Both the position numbers and the translations under genes were made by a program. Shown here piece by piece: positions 62,565 to 64,000 of a stretch of DNA of 64,000 bases; position 1 is the first letter of the stretch; every line of letters begins with the position of its first letter. The notes below the pieces were generated by a model. The model saw only the letters and a list, made by a program, of their open reading frames with translations. It ran no database searches and had not been told where the DNA came from. Origin of the DNA: Polyangiaceae bacterium (GTDB lineage: Bacteria > Myxococcota_A > Polyangia > Polyangiales > Polyangiaceae); the NCBI GenBank assembly GCA_035063585.1, contig JAPSGB010000002.1:113458-177457 (forward strand), in the 5' to 3' direction.

Positions 62565-63776
62565 GTGGCCAACCTCGGCTACATCCAGGTAGTTCGGCAC
62601 TGTAATCACTTCTGCGGATTCTGCTCGAACCCGACCACGCCGTACGTCCACACCTTCGAGTCGATGAAGGTGCTCGTGGACGACTTCGTCGCCCGCGACT
62701 ACTTCGGCGTGATCCTGACCGGCGGCGAGCCGACGCTCCACCCGGAGCTCCCTCGGATCTGCGCCTACGCGCGTGAGCGCGGGCTCCACGTCCGCATGAT
62801 CACCAACGGCTCACGGCTCGCGGACCGCGAGTACGCCCAGGAGATGGCCGACGCCGGGCTCGAGCTCGTGCACGTGTCGATCTATTCGGTGCGCGCCGAG
62901 GTCGAGGCGCGGCTCCGCGGGCTCGACGGGACGCTCGAGCGCGCATTTCAGGCGATCGACAACGCGGGCGAGCTCGGCATCGCGGTCAACATCAACTCCG
63001 TCATCAACCGGCTGAACGCCGATCATCTCGACCAGAACGTCCGCTACTTTCTCGACCATCACCCGCACGTGCGCCACTTCGTGTGGAACAACCTCGACCC
63101 GTCGATGGGGCGCGCCGAGGTGAATCAAGAGCAGTTCACCCCGCGTCTGGCAGATTTCGAGGTCTCGCTGGAGCGCGCGCTCCTCCTGCTCGCCAAGACG
63201 GGACGCACCTTCCGCGTCGAGAAGGTGCCGCTCTGCTACATGACGGATTTTGCCTGGGCGAGCACCGAGACGCGCAAGATCGTCAAGGGCGAGGAGCGCA
63301 TCGTGCACTTCCTCGACAGCAAGCAGACCGTCCGCCAGACGGACTGGGAGCACATCTACGCGGAGTCTTGCAACGCCTGCAGCCTTCGCACCATCTGCGG
63401 CGGGCTCTTCGACCGCGGAAATGGCTACGACCCGGCCGAGCTCCACCCGGTGTTCGTGTCGCGCGACGCCATCGTCGAGAAGATCATCCACGACCCCGAC
63501 GACCCCTCGTACGAGTTTCGCACCCTCGAGGAGTGGAAGGCGGACTTCGATCGGCGGTGTAGCGAGACGCTCGCAGGGAGGCACGCGCGACGACCACCGG
63601 CGGATGCGCCGGACGAGCGCTTCCACGAGCCCGGCGCCCCCACGGTGGGGATGGTGACCGTCGATAGCCTGCGCCGGTTCACCCAGAAGCGCGCGGCCGA
63701 GTCGCGGCGCGCCGAGCGGTCCGGCGTCAACATGGAACGGCCTCCGGCGCCCCCCCCGAAGACCGGCGAAGACTAG
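62565..63776 (+). CDS. Radical SAM protein (HxsC-like, C-terminal Cys cluster)
   Basis: CNHFCGFC, LTGGEPTLHP, ITNG, VPLCYM, CNACSLRTICGG. Confidence 0.88.
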   Translation: MANLGYIQVVRHCNHFCGFCSNPTTPYVHTFESMKVLVDDFVARDYFGVILTGGEPTLHPELPRICAYARERGLHVRMITNGSRLADREYAQEMADAGLELVHVSIYSVRAEVEARLRGLDGTLERAFQAIDNAGELGIAVNINSVINRLNADHLDQNVRYFLDHHPHVRHFVWNNLDPSMGRAEVNQEQFTPRLADFEVSLERALLLLAKTGRTFRVEKVPLCYMTDFAWASTETRKIVKGEERIVHFLDSKQTVRQTDWEHIYAESCNACSLRTICGGLFDRGNGYDPAELHPVFVSRDAIVEKIIHDPDDPSYEFRTLEEWKADFDRRCSETLAGRHARRPPADAPDERFHEPGAPTVGMVTVDSLRRFTQKRAAESRRAERSGVNMERPPAPPPKTGED

Positions 63777-63865
63777 CGAGCCGTCAAGCCATCGCTCGCC
63801 GGTCGCGGCGACTGGACGCCGGGCGTCCGTTGACCTGCGCGCCGCCGCCCGGTTACGTTCGCCGA

Positions 63866-64000
63866 ATGGGGCCCCTCACGTCCACTACGACGACGCGCCC
63901 GCGGGCGCTCGCATGGCTCACTCTGCTGACCCTGGTGCTCGGCTGCGGAGCGCCCGAGGGTCTCGGCGGCGACGAGCCCGACGCGAGCACCGCCGAGGCC
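63866..64000 (+). CDS. Lipoprotein, 5' fragment
   Basis: MGPLTSTTTTRPRALAWLTLLTLVLGC...; preceded by TTGACC-N18-TACGTT; frame open to the window end. Confidence 0.65.
   Translation, partial: MGPLTSTTTTRPRALAWLTLLTLVLGCGAPEGLGGDEPDASTAEA

Overview
This is a very GC-rich (by eye >70%), gene-dense chromosomal window. It most likely comes from a Myxococcota/Polyangiales-type bacterium, judged from four Hanks-type Ser/Thr kinases plus a pseudokinase, a PEGA/TPR protein, a PP2C phosphatase and many Cys/Gly-rich lipoproteins. About 48 CDS are supported. Housekeeping and metabolic genes include pgi (partial), pgl, an EF-hand transaldolase, glgC-glgM, a thiolase, an ADP-forming acyl-CoA ligase, prfC, truD, an RRM protein, mgtA, mgtE, an RND pump, nnrS, arsC and mutH. 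I found no rRNA, tRNA, CRISPR array or intact mobile element. The best candidate for an undescribed system is a two-gene operon (16161-17550): a protein made of two tandem RelA/SpoT-type HD hydrolase domains, overlapping a stand-alone 2H phosphoesterase. Other highlights are an unannotated secreted-type small ORF ending in RAPP upstream of a degenerate enhancer-binding protein, an intact MutH outside Gammaproteobacteria, paired palindromic operators upstream of an Rv1683-like lipase/acyl-CoA synthetase, a sigma54 promoter before hsp20, an NsrR-like box over the nnrS promoter, and a window-wide leaderless-mRNA signature. All family assignments come from motifs recognised by eye; no database searches were run.
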